From an uncultured Chloroflexia bacterium (GTDB lineage: Bacteria > Chloroflexota > Limnocylindria > QHBO01): a stretch of DNA of 64,000 bases. The stretch covers positions 628,620 through 692,619 of the forward strand of contig CAWDTM010000008.1 in assembly GCA_963805305.1 (NCBI GenBank). The letters are read 5' to 3'. Below, piece after piece: positions 49,416 through 57,972 of this stretch. Numbering within the stretch: the stretch's first letter is position 1; each line of letters begins with the position of its first letter. A program made the translations under genes and the position numbers. The notes beneath the pieces were generated by a model that had not been told where the DNA came from, did not search any database, and saw only the letters and a program-made list of their open reading frames with translations.

Positions 49416-50069
49416 ATGGCCGCGCGCACGAACCGCGTCGACGAGGCTGGACGGCGGGCCTCATGGCAGCTGGCCGGCCTGGTTCGTGAGCTCCGCGCGG
49501 CTCGCGTCAGCGCGGGCCTCAGCCAGGCCACGGTCGCCCGCGCGGTGGGCTGCTCCCGCGAGCTGGTGAAGGCCTGGGAAAGCGGCCGTTCGAGTCCCTC
49601 GGTCACGCGGCTCGCCCGCTGGGCGTGCGCAGTCGGGCTGGACGTTCCGCTGCGGACCTATCCCGGTGGATCGCCGCTTCGCGACGCGGGGCAGCTGCGC
49701 GCGCTGGGGCGCGCTCGCGCCACCATCGGCGGCGAATGGGCGTGGCGTGCAGAGGTGCCGGTCAGTTCGGACCCGCTGGACCGCCGGGCGGTAGATGCGG
49801 TGCTCGAGCTGGACGAGGTGCGCGTCGGCGTGGAGGTCGTTTCCCGGCTCGGCGATGCTCAGGCCGAGGTCCGCCGGGCCATCCTGAAACAGGAGGTCGC
49901 ACAGCTGGACCGGTTGCTCCTGGTGCTGCCCGATACCCGTCACAACCGGCGCGCCGTGATGGAGGGCGCCGCGACGCTGCGAAGCGCGTTCCCTCTTGCC
50001 TCGCGGGCGGTCCTGGCCGCCTTGCGCGCAGGGCGGCTTCCGGGCGCCAATGGAGTGCTGCTCGTCTGA
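49416..50069 (+). CDS. XRE-family HTH protein with conserved C-terminal domain (paralogue 2)
   Basis: HTH (LRAARVSAGLSQATVARAVGCSRELVKAWESGRSSPS). C-terminus ends RAVLAALRAGRLPGANGVLLV, homologous along its length to 18728..19384. Confidence 0.7.
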   Translation: MAARTNRVDEAGRRASWQLAGLVRELRAARVSAGLSQATVARAVGCSRELVKAWESGRSSPSVTRLARWACAVGLDVPLRTYPGGSPLRDAGQLRALGRARATIGGEWAWRAEVPVSSDPLDRRAVDAVLELDEVRVGVEVVSRLGDAQAEVRRAILKQEVAQLDRLLLVLPDTRHNRRAVMEGAATLRSAFPLASRAVLAALRAGRLPGANGVLLV

Positions 50070-50156
50070 TCCGCGTGGCCGCGCCTCGCTGAATTGGTAA
50101 TCCACGTACCCGCACGACCGCGGGCCGGACACCAGCGCCGTTCTTCCAGGCACGTG

Positions 50157-50176
50157 GGGGTCGCCCGGGTAACGCC
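50157..50176 (+). repeat. dispersed repeat copy (GGTCGCCCGGGTAACGCC)
   Basis: Between XRE paralogue 2 and the methyltransferase gene. Reads in-frame as GRPGNALT. Confidence 0.45.
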
Positions 50177-50261
50177 CTGACCCATCTGACCGCCGCGGAC
50201 CACCCCGCCGGTGCAACCGGCAACCCCATGACCGAAGGAGCCGGTACGGTATCGTGCCGGG

Positions 50262-50921
50262 ATGAGCCGACCCGATCCGAGCTGCTGCCGCCCCAGGTAC
50301 GCCGTCTTCGACGAGCGCACCGCCCACGAGGAGCTGGAAACGTACCGCCAGGAAGGCCCCGACACCGAGTCGAGCGACCTGGTCGCGGTGCTGGAGCGCC
50401 AGGGCCTGGAGGGGGCGACCGCCCTGGACATCGGCTCCGGGGTAGGCACCATCGGCCATGGGCTGGTGGCTGCCGGCGTCACCCACCTGACCGATGTCGA
50501 CGGGTCCCCGTCCTATCTCGCGGTCGCCCGGGAAGAGGCAGAGCGACGCGGAACGGCGGAGCGCTGGGCGTTCCGCGAGGGAGACTTCGTGGCGCTGGCG
50601 GGCGAGATCGGCCCGGCTGACGTCGTGACCCTGGGCCGGGTCCTGTGCTGCTACGCGGACTGGCGCTCGTTGGTCAGCGCCTCGACGGCCCGGGCGCTTC
50701 GGCTCTACGGCGTGGTCTACCCGATCAGCCGATGGTGGCTTCGACTGGGGGCCGCCATCGCCAATCCCCTCTTCCGCCTGACCCGCCAGACATCGCGGAT
50801 CTTCATCCATCCCGACCGCGAGGTGGATGCGGCCATCCGCGCCGCCGGCTTCGAACGCATCCACGCCCGTCGCGGGCTGGTGTGGCAGAGCGCGGCGTAC
50901 CGGCGGATCGCCGGCGCCTGA
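50262..50921 (+). CDS. class I SAM-dependent methyltransferase
   Basis: Motif I LDIGSGVGTIGHGL and downstream acidic-residue motifs. 219 aa. Confidence 0.7.
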   Translation: MSRPDPSCCRPRYAVFDERTAHEELETYRQEGPDTESSDLVAVLERQGLEGATALDIGSGVGTIGHGLVAAGVTHLTDVDGSPSYLAVAREEAERRGTAERWAFREGDFVALAGEIGPADVVTLGRVLCCYADWRSLVSASTARALRLYGVVYPISRWWLRLGAAIANPLFRLTRQTSRIFIHPDREVDAAIRAAGFERIHARRGLVWQSAAYRRIAGA

Positions 50922-51234
50922 CGTCCCCGCGGGCCCAACCCGAGCCCAAGCGAGGCCATCCCAGGTACCGCGGGGCTACTCGGTGTCGCGCTGCACCGGG
51001 CAAAGGTCCCGAGCGACCCCGGACGGGCTATCGGAGCAGGCCGCCGGGCGCCTAGATTCCCGCCGAACCGTCGCGGCCGATGGCAGACCGGGGGACGTCC
51101 GAGCCCCTCCGCCGGCCGCCACGCCGGGGAGGTGCATGCCCTTGACAGGTCGTCGCTAGGTGATGCGGACCTGCCCTGCCGCGGGTCCCGCCAGCCCCCT
51201 TCAGCTCCACGCTGATCATCCTTGGAGGAAGACC

Positions 51235-53286
51235 ATGTTCCGAGCGCCTCGTCCTGGGGCCGTGCCGTTCCACTCTCCACTCACGAGCAGGGTGCTTGCT
51301 GCGGTGTGCACCGCCGCCGTGACCCTCCTCGCCATGGGGCCGGTCACCGCGCTCGCCGCGACGAGCACCCTTTCGAACCCGACCTCGCTCTCCGGCGACT
51401 CGACCCTGACCGCGGTCGGCTTCACCGCCAGCGGCGCGGGGGTCACCGCCACCGGCACCGCGGAGATCACCGTCCACTGGACGCAGCCGGCGTCGCTGGC
51501 AACCACCTTCGATCCGAACCTCGTCCGCCAGGGCCGGGCCCTGGATCCGTCTGACGCCTACACCCGGACCGGGTCGGGCGCCATGTCGGTGGACTACACC
51601 ATCGACAACCTGCAGGTCTCCTGGGACGGCCTCGGCCCGTTCGACCTCGGGAACCCGACGTACACCACCACGGGCAGCTGCGACCTGATGGCCGGCGGGC
51701 CTGACTACACCTGCCATCTCGAGAGCGACCAGATCACGCTCCTCGACCCCACCCCGCTCCCCGGCCCCTTCGTCAAGCTGCGGCTGGTGTCCGACGTGAC
51801 CGTCACGCCGGACGGGATCGCAACCGTGCGGACCGCGTCGTTTGGCGGCGTGGCGGACGGGACCGCGAACCTGTCGCTGGGGGAATCGCCCATCACCGAC
51901 AACCTCACCATCCCCTGCACCGCCGGCGCCGGTGACGAGATGAGCTACGACCTTGGCTCGGTCTCGGCCACCCCGGGGATCAGCGTCGACAGCGGCCTCG
52001 AGTTCGACGTCGGCACCTCGATCCCCAACCCCTTCTTCCCGGTCCCCGACCCGGTGGACCCGGTCATCTACATCACCTTCGCCTCGCCCACCATCGACCT
52101 CGGCTCGACCGCGGGTGACGTCACCGTCAGCGGCGCGGGCGCGACGTTCGACATGGGCGCGGTCCAGGCCAACAACATCCCGCCCACGGTCGACGCGGGC
52201 GGCCCGTACGCCGGTGCCGAGGGCAGTCCCGTCACGTTCGACGGCTCCGGCTCCTCGTCCATCTGCGGCTTCCCGACCCTCCGTTGGGACTTCTCCGATG
52301 GCGGCGTCGCCTTCGGCGCAATGCCCCAGCACACCTTCCAGGGCCCGGGCGTGTTCAGCGGCCTGCTGACCGCCACCGATCCCACGGGTCTCTCCGCCAT
52401 GACGACCTTCTCCGTGACCATCGCGAACCTGGCACCGGTGGTCGAGGCCGGACCGGACACCACGGCGGCATGGGGGCGCCTCGTTGCGTTCAACGGCAGC
52501 GCCACCGATCCAGGGGCCGATGACCAGTCGACCCTGGCCTACGCGTGGACCTTCGGCGATGGGTCCCCGTCCGCGAGTGGCGGTGGAAGCACGTTCCACG
52601 CCTACTCGGTCCCAGGTGACTACGTCGCCACCCTGACCGTCTGCGACCGATGGTCCGCCTGTTCCTCCGACACCCGGACGGTCCACGTCCGGAAGCGGAC
52701 CGTCACCGTGGGCGACCTGGGCGACACCGCCGGGACGTACGACACGCCCGGAGCCCTGAGCGCCTCCCTCGTCGATGAGTTCGGCGAGACGGTGAACGGA
52801 CGCACCATCGCCTTCTCGGTGGATGGCGCAGCCGCGGGTTCGGCGGTGACGAATGCGTCGGGTACCGCCTCGGTGGCCTACACGCCGCTCGTCGACGCAG
52901 GCACGCACGCCACCGGCGCATCGTTCGCCGGCGACAGCCTGTACGAGGCGGGTGCCGGGTCGAGCAGCATCGCCATCGGCGTCAAGGCGACATCGGTGAC
53001 CTACACCGGTGCGCTTTCGAGCAAGCCGAACAAGACCATCACCCTCAGCGCCGTGCTGAAGGACGCGACCGGCAAGCCGCTTGCCGGCCGGACCATCGTG
53101 TTCGTGCTGGGCAGCCAGACGGCGGCCGCGGTCACCGACGCGTCGGGACTGGCCTCCACCGACCTGAAGCTCAAGCAGAAGAACGCGATGTACCTGCTGA
53201 CCGCCACCTGGACGCCGTTGGGAGCCGATGCGAACCGCTACGCGGGCAGCGCCGACTCCGCGACGTTCAGCCTCCAGGCCAAGTAG
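51235..53286 (+). CDS. large secreted protein with PKD and Ig-like (Big) domains
   Basis: RBS GGAGGAAG 5 nt upstream of ATG 51235. Signal peptide (VLAAVCTAAVTLLAMGPVTALAA). Two PKD-like modules (FDGSGSS...WDFSDGG; FNGSATDPG...WTFGDGS) and C-terminal Ig-like repeats. Confidence 0.7.
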   Translation: MFRAPRPGAVPFHSPLTSRVLAAVCTAAVTLLAMGPVTALAATSTLSNPTSLSGDSTLTAVGFTASGAGVTATGTAEITVHWTQPASLATTFDPNLVRQGRALDPSDAYTRTGSGAMSVDYTIDNLQVSWDGLGPFDLGNPTYTTTGSCDLMAGGPDYTCHLESDQITLLDPTPLPGPFVKLRLVSDVTVTPDGIATVRTASFGGVADGTANLSLGESPITDNLTIPCTAGAGDEMSYDLGSVSATPGISVDSGLEFDVGTSIPNPFFPVPDPVDPVIYITFASPTIDLGSTAGDVTVSGAGATFDMGAVQANNIPPTVDAGGPYAGAEGSPVTFDGSGSSSICGFPTLRWDFSDGGVAFGAMPQHTFQGPGVFSGLLTATDPTGLSAMTTFSVTIANLAPVVEAGPDTTAAWGRLVAFNGSATDPGADDQSTLAYAWTFGDGSPSASGGGSTFHAYSVPGDYVATLTVCDRWSACSSDTRTVHVRKRTVTVGDLGDTAGTYDTPGALSASLVDEFGETVNGRTIAFSVDGAAAGSAVTNASGTASVAYTPLVDAGTHATGASFAGDSLYEAGAGSSSIAIGVKATSVTYTGALSSKPNKTITLSAVLKDATGKPLAGRTIVFVLGSQTAAAVTDASGLASTDLKLKQKNAMYLLTATWTPLGADANRYAGSADSATFSLQAK

Positions 53287-53292
53287 CCCACG

Positions 53293-53323
53293 GGTGGGCG
53301 GGCTCGCCGCGAGCTCGCCCACC
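53293..53323 (+). terminator. GC-rich hairpin after the PKD-protein gene
   Basis: GGTGGGCG-ggctcgccgcgagct-CGCCCACC, 7 nt after the stop. No U-tract. Confidence 0.35.
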
Positions 53324-53367
53324 GCGCACCGCAGGGAGTAGGCTGCGCTGGCAGGGAGGTTTCACGG

Positions 53368-53694
53368 ATGGTGCCATTGGCTCACCCCCGTACGAAGCAG
53401 CTCATCGTCGTGCTCCTGGGGATCGCGCTTGTGCTGGCGGCCTGTGTCGCGGGCCCGAATCCCGACGTCGGCACCGCAGCCGCCGGGGGAAGCTCTGCCG
53501 GCTTCTGGCTGGGTCTCTGGCACGGCTTCATCGCCCCCATCACCTTCATCGTGTCGCTCTTCACCGAGTCGGTGAGCGTCTACGAGGTCCACAACAGCGG
53601 CAACTGGTACGACTTCGGCTTCGTGCTGGGCGCCGGCATCCTGTTCGGTGGCGGCTTCTTTGGCGCCGGGCGCTCCCGGGGGAGCACGCACTAG
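53368..53694 (+). CDS. small membrane lipoprotein (hypothetical)
   Basis: Signal/lipobox LVLAACVAG plus two hydrophobic segments. 108 aa. Confidence 0.4.
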   Translation: MVPLAHPRTKQLIVVLLGIALVLAACVAGPNPDVGTAAAGGSSAGFWLGLWHGFIAPITFIVSLFTESVSVYEVHNSGNWYDFGFVLGAGILFGGGFFGAGRSRGSTH

Positions 53695-53737
53695 CGCCGC
53701 TTCCCCAATGGCACTGTTCCGGCCCAGGAGCCGCCGC

Positions 53738-54086
53738 TCAGGGGGTTCCCGCGCCGTTGCAGCCCACCCAGATCACGGGCCGCCAGCCGATTCCCGCGAC
53801 GTTCACGCTCACCGCGGCGAAGTGAACGTTCTCGATGGGACTCGTCGACGGGGGCAGGCACTCCGGGCGGCCACGATCGTGGAGGCTGCCCCGGCTGTCG
53901 GTCCAGGAGCCGTCCATCGGCACGCCGTAGGACCAGCCATCCGCCTCGATGGTGATCGCGCCTTCCGCCGATTGGGCGGTGCCCGTCAGGTACATGACCG
54001 TCGACCGGGCGCCCAGGTAGTAGGCCCCGACCACGGCCAACAGCAGGAACACGACGATCACCCGCATCCGTACGTCTGTGCTCATG
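53738..54086 (-). CDS. small membrane-anchored hypothetical protein
   Basis: Strong RBS GGAGGGAGGG 7 nt upstream of ATG 54086. N-terminal TM helix VIVVFLLLAVVGAYYL. Confidence 0.45.
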
Positions 54087-54260
54087 ATCCGGTCCCTCCC
54101 TCCGCGGCGCCCTGCCGCTCCATCGCCCACTGTAGGTCGCCAGTCTGCGCTTGACACGATCCCGGAACGTTGACGGCGCCAACATTCCGGTCCGGGTGGT
54201 GATCTGGGGACCCGTCCGACCGCCGAAACGTCCCTGACCCGTGCGCAGGGGCCTCTCCGT

Positions 54261-54278
54261 GGTCACTCGGGTGATCCC
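54261..54278 (+). repeat. dispersed repeat copy (GGTCACTCGGGTGATCCC)
   Basis: Downstream (3' side) of the membrane cyclase gene. Confidence 0.4.
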
Positions 54279-54310
54279 ATGACCACCACGACCGGGCAGC
54301 CGTCAGCCGA

Positions 54311-54330
54311 CGGTCGTACCGGTAATCAGG
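54311..54330 (+). repeat. dispersed repeat copy (CGGTCGTACCGGTAATCAGG)
   Basis: In-frame DGRTGNQAT. Inverted partner at 55725-55759. Confidence 0.5.
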
Positions 54331-54380
54331 CCACCATCCGGAGACTCCACCCTCGACGCCGCGAGCGAGAACGACGGGAC

Positions 54381-55802
54381 TCAGGCCCGGGCAACCTGCG
54401 GCGAAGGCACCGCTCGCCGGCCGAGCAGGAACCAGGTCTCCATGTCGCCCTTGCCCTTGATGGGCACGCTGCCCCTCGCCTCGCACGCGAACTCGTCGCG
54501 GAGCAGCTCGTACGTCGCCTGCGTGATCTGGATCCGGCCCGGCGTGCCCTGCGTCTGCATGCGGCCCGCGGTGTTCACCGCGTCTCCCCACAGGTCATAG
54601 AGGAACCGCTTGCGACCAATGACCCCGGCCACCAGGGGTCCCGAGTTGATCCCGATCCGCAGCTCGAAGCCCAGGGATCCCATGGCGCCGGTCGAGCGAA
54701 CCGCATCGAGCATGTCGAGGGCCAGGAGGGCAACCGCCTGAGCATGGTCGGGACGGGGCGCCGGGATGCCGGCGGCGGCCATGTAGCAGTCGCCGATGGT
54801 CTTGATCTTCTCCAGGTCGTAGCGCTCCACCAGCTCGTCGAAGTGACCGAAGAGCTGGTCCAGCATCTCCACGATCTGGGCCGGCGGGAGGTGCTCGGCC
54901 AGGGGCGTGAAGTCCACGACATCGGCGAACAGGACCGATGCCGACGTGAAGGAATCCGCGATGGTCCTGGTCTCCGTCTTGAGCTTCTCCGCGATGGAGC
55001 GTGGCAGCACGTTGAGGAGCAGGTTCTCGGCGCGCGCCTGCTCGGCGCGCAGGGCGGCCAGCGCGTCCTGCCGCTGGATGGCGAAGACAGCGAGCAGGGT
55101 GAAGACGATGGTTCCGCCGACCGTCACGTTGAGGGCCAGCATGATGCTCGTGAACCAGGCCGGCACCGGCGACAGCGGATGCCACAGCTCGCCCGCGATG
55201 CCCGAGACCACGAACAGCGCCAGGAATCCCACGAACCAGCGGATGCCGGCCCGCACGCTGTCGAAGACCAGGGCGCCCATGGGGCCCAGGAGGCCCCACA
55301 GACCCACACCGCCCGAGGCGAGGAAGCCGCCGATGGGGATCATGGACAGGCACGTGGTGAGCATGATGTCCAGCTGTTCGGCGCGGAGGAGGAGCATCCG
55401 GTTCCGGGTGCGGGCGAACGCGAGGATTGCGACGAGGGAGACCGTGAAGTACACGAACGGGAGGTAGCCGAGCGGCGAGCCGAAGGCGAGGTACAGGCTC
55501 CCCCACACCAGGGAGACGGGCAGGATGAGCACCGAGATGAGGACCAGCAGCCCGTTGCGCCGCCTGGTCTCCTCGTCGTCCTCCGGCCTGGCGCCAACCG
55601 TGGCCAGCCACGCGAAGAGCGCCGCACCCGAGTCGCGCAGAGTGGTCACCGCCGCAGGATACCGCCCCCCGCGCGCCTCCGGCCCCCTCGACCCCCTCGA
55701 CGCCCCCCCTTCCACGGTGTGGTTGGTAGCCTGATTGCCCATCCGACCGACGACCGTCCGCACAACGGCCGCACGAGGGTCCTCAGCGGTCATTTGGGTC
55801 AC
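54381..55802 (-). CDS. membrane-anchored (6-TM) class III adenylate cyclase; true start probably downstream of 55802
   Basis: Six hydrophobic helices, then a canonical cyclase domain (VLFADVVDFT...EKIKTIGDCYMAAAG...RIGINSGPLVAGVIG). The first ~55 codons of the ORF are built from the dispersed repeat (..GRMGNQATNH..), so the start is likely an internal GTG/ATG. Confidence 0.75.
   Translation of the reverse strand: MTQMTAEDPRAAVVRTVVGRMGNQATNHTVEGGASRGSRGPEARGGRYPAAVTTLRDSGAALFAWLATVGARPEDDEETRRRNGLLVLISVLILPVSLVWGSLYLAFGSPLGYLPFVYFTVSLVAILAFARTRNRMLLLRAEQLDIMLTTCLSMIPIGGFLASGGVGLWGLLGPMGALVFDSVRAGIRWFVGFLALFVVSGIAGELWHPLSPVPAWFTSIMLALNVTVGGTIVFTLLAVFAIQRQDALAALRAEQARAENLLLNVLPRSIAEKLKTETRTIADSFTSASVLFADVVDFTPLAEHLPPAQIVEMLDQLFGHFDELVERYDLEKIKTIGDCYMAAAGIPAPRPDHAQAVALLALDMLDAVRSTGAMGSLGFELRIGINSGPLVAGVIGRKRFLYDLWGDAVNTAGRMQTQGTPGRIQITQATYELLRDEFACEARGSVPIKGKGDMETWFLLGRRAVPSPQVARA
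55725..55759 (-). repeat. dispersed repeat copy in inverted orientation (revcomp GGACGGTCGTCGGTCGGATGGGCAATCAGGCTACC)
   Basis: Reverse complement matches 54311-54330 (GACGGTCGT...AATCAGGC.ACC). With that copy it forms an inverted pair bracketing the cyclase gene. Confidence 0.5.
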
Positions 55803-55808
55803 CCGATC
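55787..55808 (+). repeat. dispersed repeat copy (CGGTCATTTGGGTCACCCGATC)
   Basis: Direct-orientation copy similar to 54261-54278 and 41038-41064. Confidence 0.5.
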
Positions 55809-55893
55809 ACCACGCTGACCGGGGACCCATCCTCCGGCGGTCGCACGGGTACGTGGGCCGCCACTCCCGCGCGATCAAAACGCTGCCGGACGG

Positions 55894-56592
55894 CTACGTC
55901 TCTGCTGGAGCTCCCCCGGCGCGCAGGAGCCCGGACTCGTAGGCGACCACCACGGCCTGCGCCCGGTTGTGGAGTTCCAGCTTGGCCAGGATTCCCGCGA
56001 CGTGGGTCTTGACCGTTGCCTCGGAGACGACCAGGGCCTCCGCGATCTCGGCGTTGCTCATGGCGCGGGCCACCAGCCGGAACACCTCGAGCTCCCGCGC
56101 GGTCAGCGCGGAGAGGGCCTGGGTGGCGGCGGGCGGCGGCGCATCGGTCCTGGCGTAGCGCTCCACCAGGCGACGGGTGATGGTGGGGGCCAGCAGGGCG
56201 TCGCCGGCCATGACGGTGCGAACCGCGGCGACCAGTCGTTCCGGCGAAACGTCCTTGAGCAGGAACCCGCAGGCGCCCACCTGCAGCGCGGCGTACACGT
56301 ACTCGTCGAGGTCGAAGGTGGTCAGGATGATCACCCGGGGCGCAGCCGCCCCCGGGCCGGCGGATCCCGCCATGATCTGGCGGGTCGCCTCGATGCCGTC
56401 CATGCCGGGCATGCGGACGTCCATGAGCACCACGTCCGGCCGATGGCGCCGGACAAGGCGGACTGCCTCCTCGCCCTGGGTGGCCTGCGCAATGACGGTG
56501 ATATCCGGCTGCGCCTGCAGGATCATCTGCAGCCCGGCGCGCACCAGCTGCTGGTCGTCGGCGACAAGGACGCGCACGGGCTGGTCGGTCAT
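55894..56592 (-). CDS. NarL/FixJ-family response regulator (REC + LuxR HTH)
   Basis: VLVADDQQLVRAGL...DVVLMDVRMPGMDG; C-terminal LTARELEVFRLVARAMSNAEIAEALVVSEATVKTHV. Confidence 0.85.
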   Translation of the reverse strand: MTDQPVRVLVADDQQLVRAGLQMILQAQPDITVIAQATQGEEAVRLVRRHRPDVVLMDVRMPGMDGIEATRQIMAGSAGPGAAAPRVIILTTFDLDEYVYAALQVGACGFLLKDVSPERLVAAVRTVMAGDALLAPTITRRLVERYARTDAPPPAATQALSALTARELEVFRLVARAMSNAEIAEALVVSEATVKTHVAGILAKLELHNRAQAVVVAYESGLLRAGGAPAET

Positions 56593-57785
56593 GGCTCGAC
56601 CTCGCGAAGCGGCAGCCATGCCCGCACCGCCCACCCCCCGCCCAGGCGCGGCCCCGCCTCGAGCTGGCCGCCGGCAAGGGTCGCTCGTTCTCGGAGCCCG
56701 GCGAGACCCGCCCCGGCGCCCTGCGATGGCGCGGCATGCCCGGGTCCGGCGTCGAGCACCTCGATGCGCAGCTGCGCTGCTTCGTAGGCAATCTGCACGA
56801 GCGTTGCCGCGTGCGCGGCGTAGCGCAGCGCGTTCGTCAGCGCCTCCTGGACGATCCGATAGGCGGTCACATCGACGCTCGGAGCCAGCGGTCGCGTCGC
56901 GCCCGACGTTTCCAGGGTGACGGGCAGCCCCGCGTCCCGGACCCGCGCGACAAGCTCGTCGAGGCGATCCAGGCCGGGCTGCGGCGCGAGCCCGCCACCG
57001 TCGGCTCCGGCGTCCGCCGCGTCGTCGCCCAGGGCGCCCAGCAGGGTGCGCAGCTCGGCCATGGTCTCGCGGCCGGTCTTCTCCACCGCGCGGAGCGCCG
57101 CCTCCGCCTCCTCCGGCGTCTTCTCCATGACCTGGCGCGCGGCACCGGCCTGGATGACCATGACGCTCACGCTGTGGGCCACGACATCATGGAGCTCGCG
57201 CGCGACGTGCCGGCGTTCCTCCGCCACCGCCGCGCGCAGGGCGGCCTCGCGCTCGTGGATCTCCTGCCGTGCCGCCTCCGCCCGGGCCACCCGGGCCTCG
57301 CGCCGCCCGCGGACCAGGTCCCCGGCCAGCCACGAGGGCAGGAGGACGACGTACGGCAGGGTGATGGCGCTGCGAGCCTCCGCGCCCAACGCCAGCAGAC
57401 CGGCCATGAGGCAGGCGGCCACCAGGAACGTGACGGCCACGGACCTCGTCCGGTCCGTGGATCGCTCGCCCATGGTGTAGCTCGCCAGCGCCATGGCAGC
57501 GACGTACGTCCAGATGCTGGACGCGCCCGTAGCAGTGAGCAGGGTCGCCACTGCCTCCGTGAGGAGCACCGCGGTCGGGGCAACCCGGCGCAGGAGGATC
57601 GGCAGGATGACGATCGCCGCGCCGGCGGCCACCATGGGGCGATCGAAGAAATGGGTGGCTCCGGCCAGGATGACCAGCGCGGCCACCGGCAGCACCTCGG
57701 GGGCCACGCGGCAGGCGAGCCGCCACGCCGCCAGCCAGGCCGGCGCGCCACGCGGTGGCGCGGTGGGCAGGGCAGGGCCGGACAT
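56589..57785 (-). CDS. sensor histidine kinase (HisKA_3/NarX-like) with N-terminal membrane domain
   Basis: TM helices, then ARELHDVVAHSVSVMVIQAGAA (H-box of HisKA_3) and an HATPase_c domain. ATGA overlap with the regulator gene. Confidence 0.8.
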   Translation of the reverse strand: MSGPALPTAPPRGAPAWLAAWRLACRVAPEVLPVAALVILAGATHFFDRPMVAAGAAIVILPILLRRVAPTAVLLTEAVATLLTATGASSIWTYVAAMALASYTMGERSTDRTRSVAVTFLVAACLMAGLLALGAEARSAITLPYVVLLPSWLAGDLVRGRREARVARAEAARQEIHEREAALRAAVAEERRHVARELHDVVAHSVSVMVIQAGAARQVMEKTPEEAEAALRAVEKTGRETMAELRTLLGALGDDAADAGADGGGLAPQPGLDRLDELVARVRDAGLPVTLETSGATRPLAPSVDVTAYRIVQEALTNALRYAAHAATLVQIAYEAAQLRIEVLDAGPGHAAPSQGAGAGLAGLRERATLAGGQLEAGPRLGGGWAVRAWLPLREVEP

Positions 57786-57840
57786 GCGGGCACTCTAGCC
57801 CGCCGTCCGCCGTTGCGCCTCGGCGGGAAGGCGTACCAGC

Positions 57841-57860
57841 CCTCATCCGATCGGATGAGG
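57841..57860. promoter_or_regulatory. perfect 20-bp palindrome CCTCATCCGA|TCGGATGAGG in the divergent intergenic region
   Basis: Seen directly. 55 nt upstream of the histidine kinase start codon (minus) and 113 nt upstream of the ABC ATPase start (plus). Confidence 0.45.
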
Positions 57861-57972
57861 CCGCGCGGGAATCAGCCCATCGGCCGAGGATGGTCAGACC
57901 GCACGGTGGACGACGAGGATCAACCAGCCCCGCACGCTGGCAGTCGATTCGCAACCCACCCTGGAGGCACCC

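Noticed and set aside
49134-50261. Dispersed GGTAAC-containing repeats considered as integron attC sites (gene cassettes) or SigB/SigF-type promoters (GTTT...GGGTAT)
   Set aside because: There is no integron integrase. The R'/R'' core consensus is not met. The spacing between the GGTCGT and GGGTAA blocks (2-5 nt) is incompatible with a -35/-10 pair.
51133-51160. TTGACA hexamer upstream of the PKD-protein gene as a sigma-70 -35 box
   Set aside because: No convincing -10 at 16-18 nt spacing.
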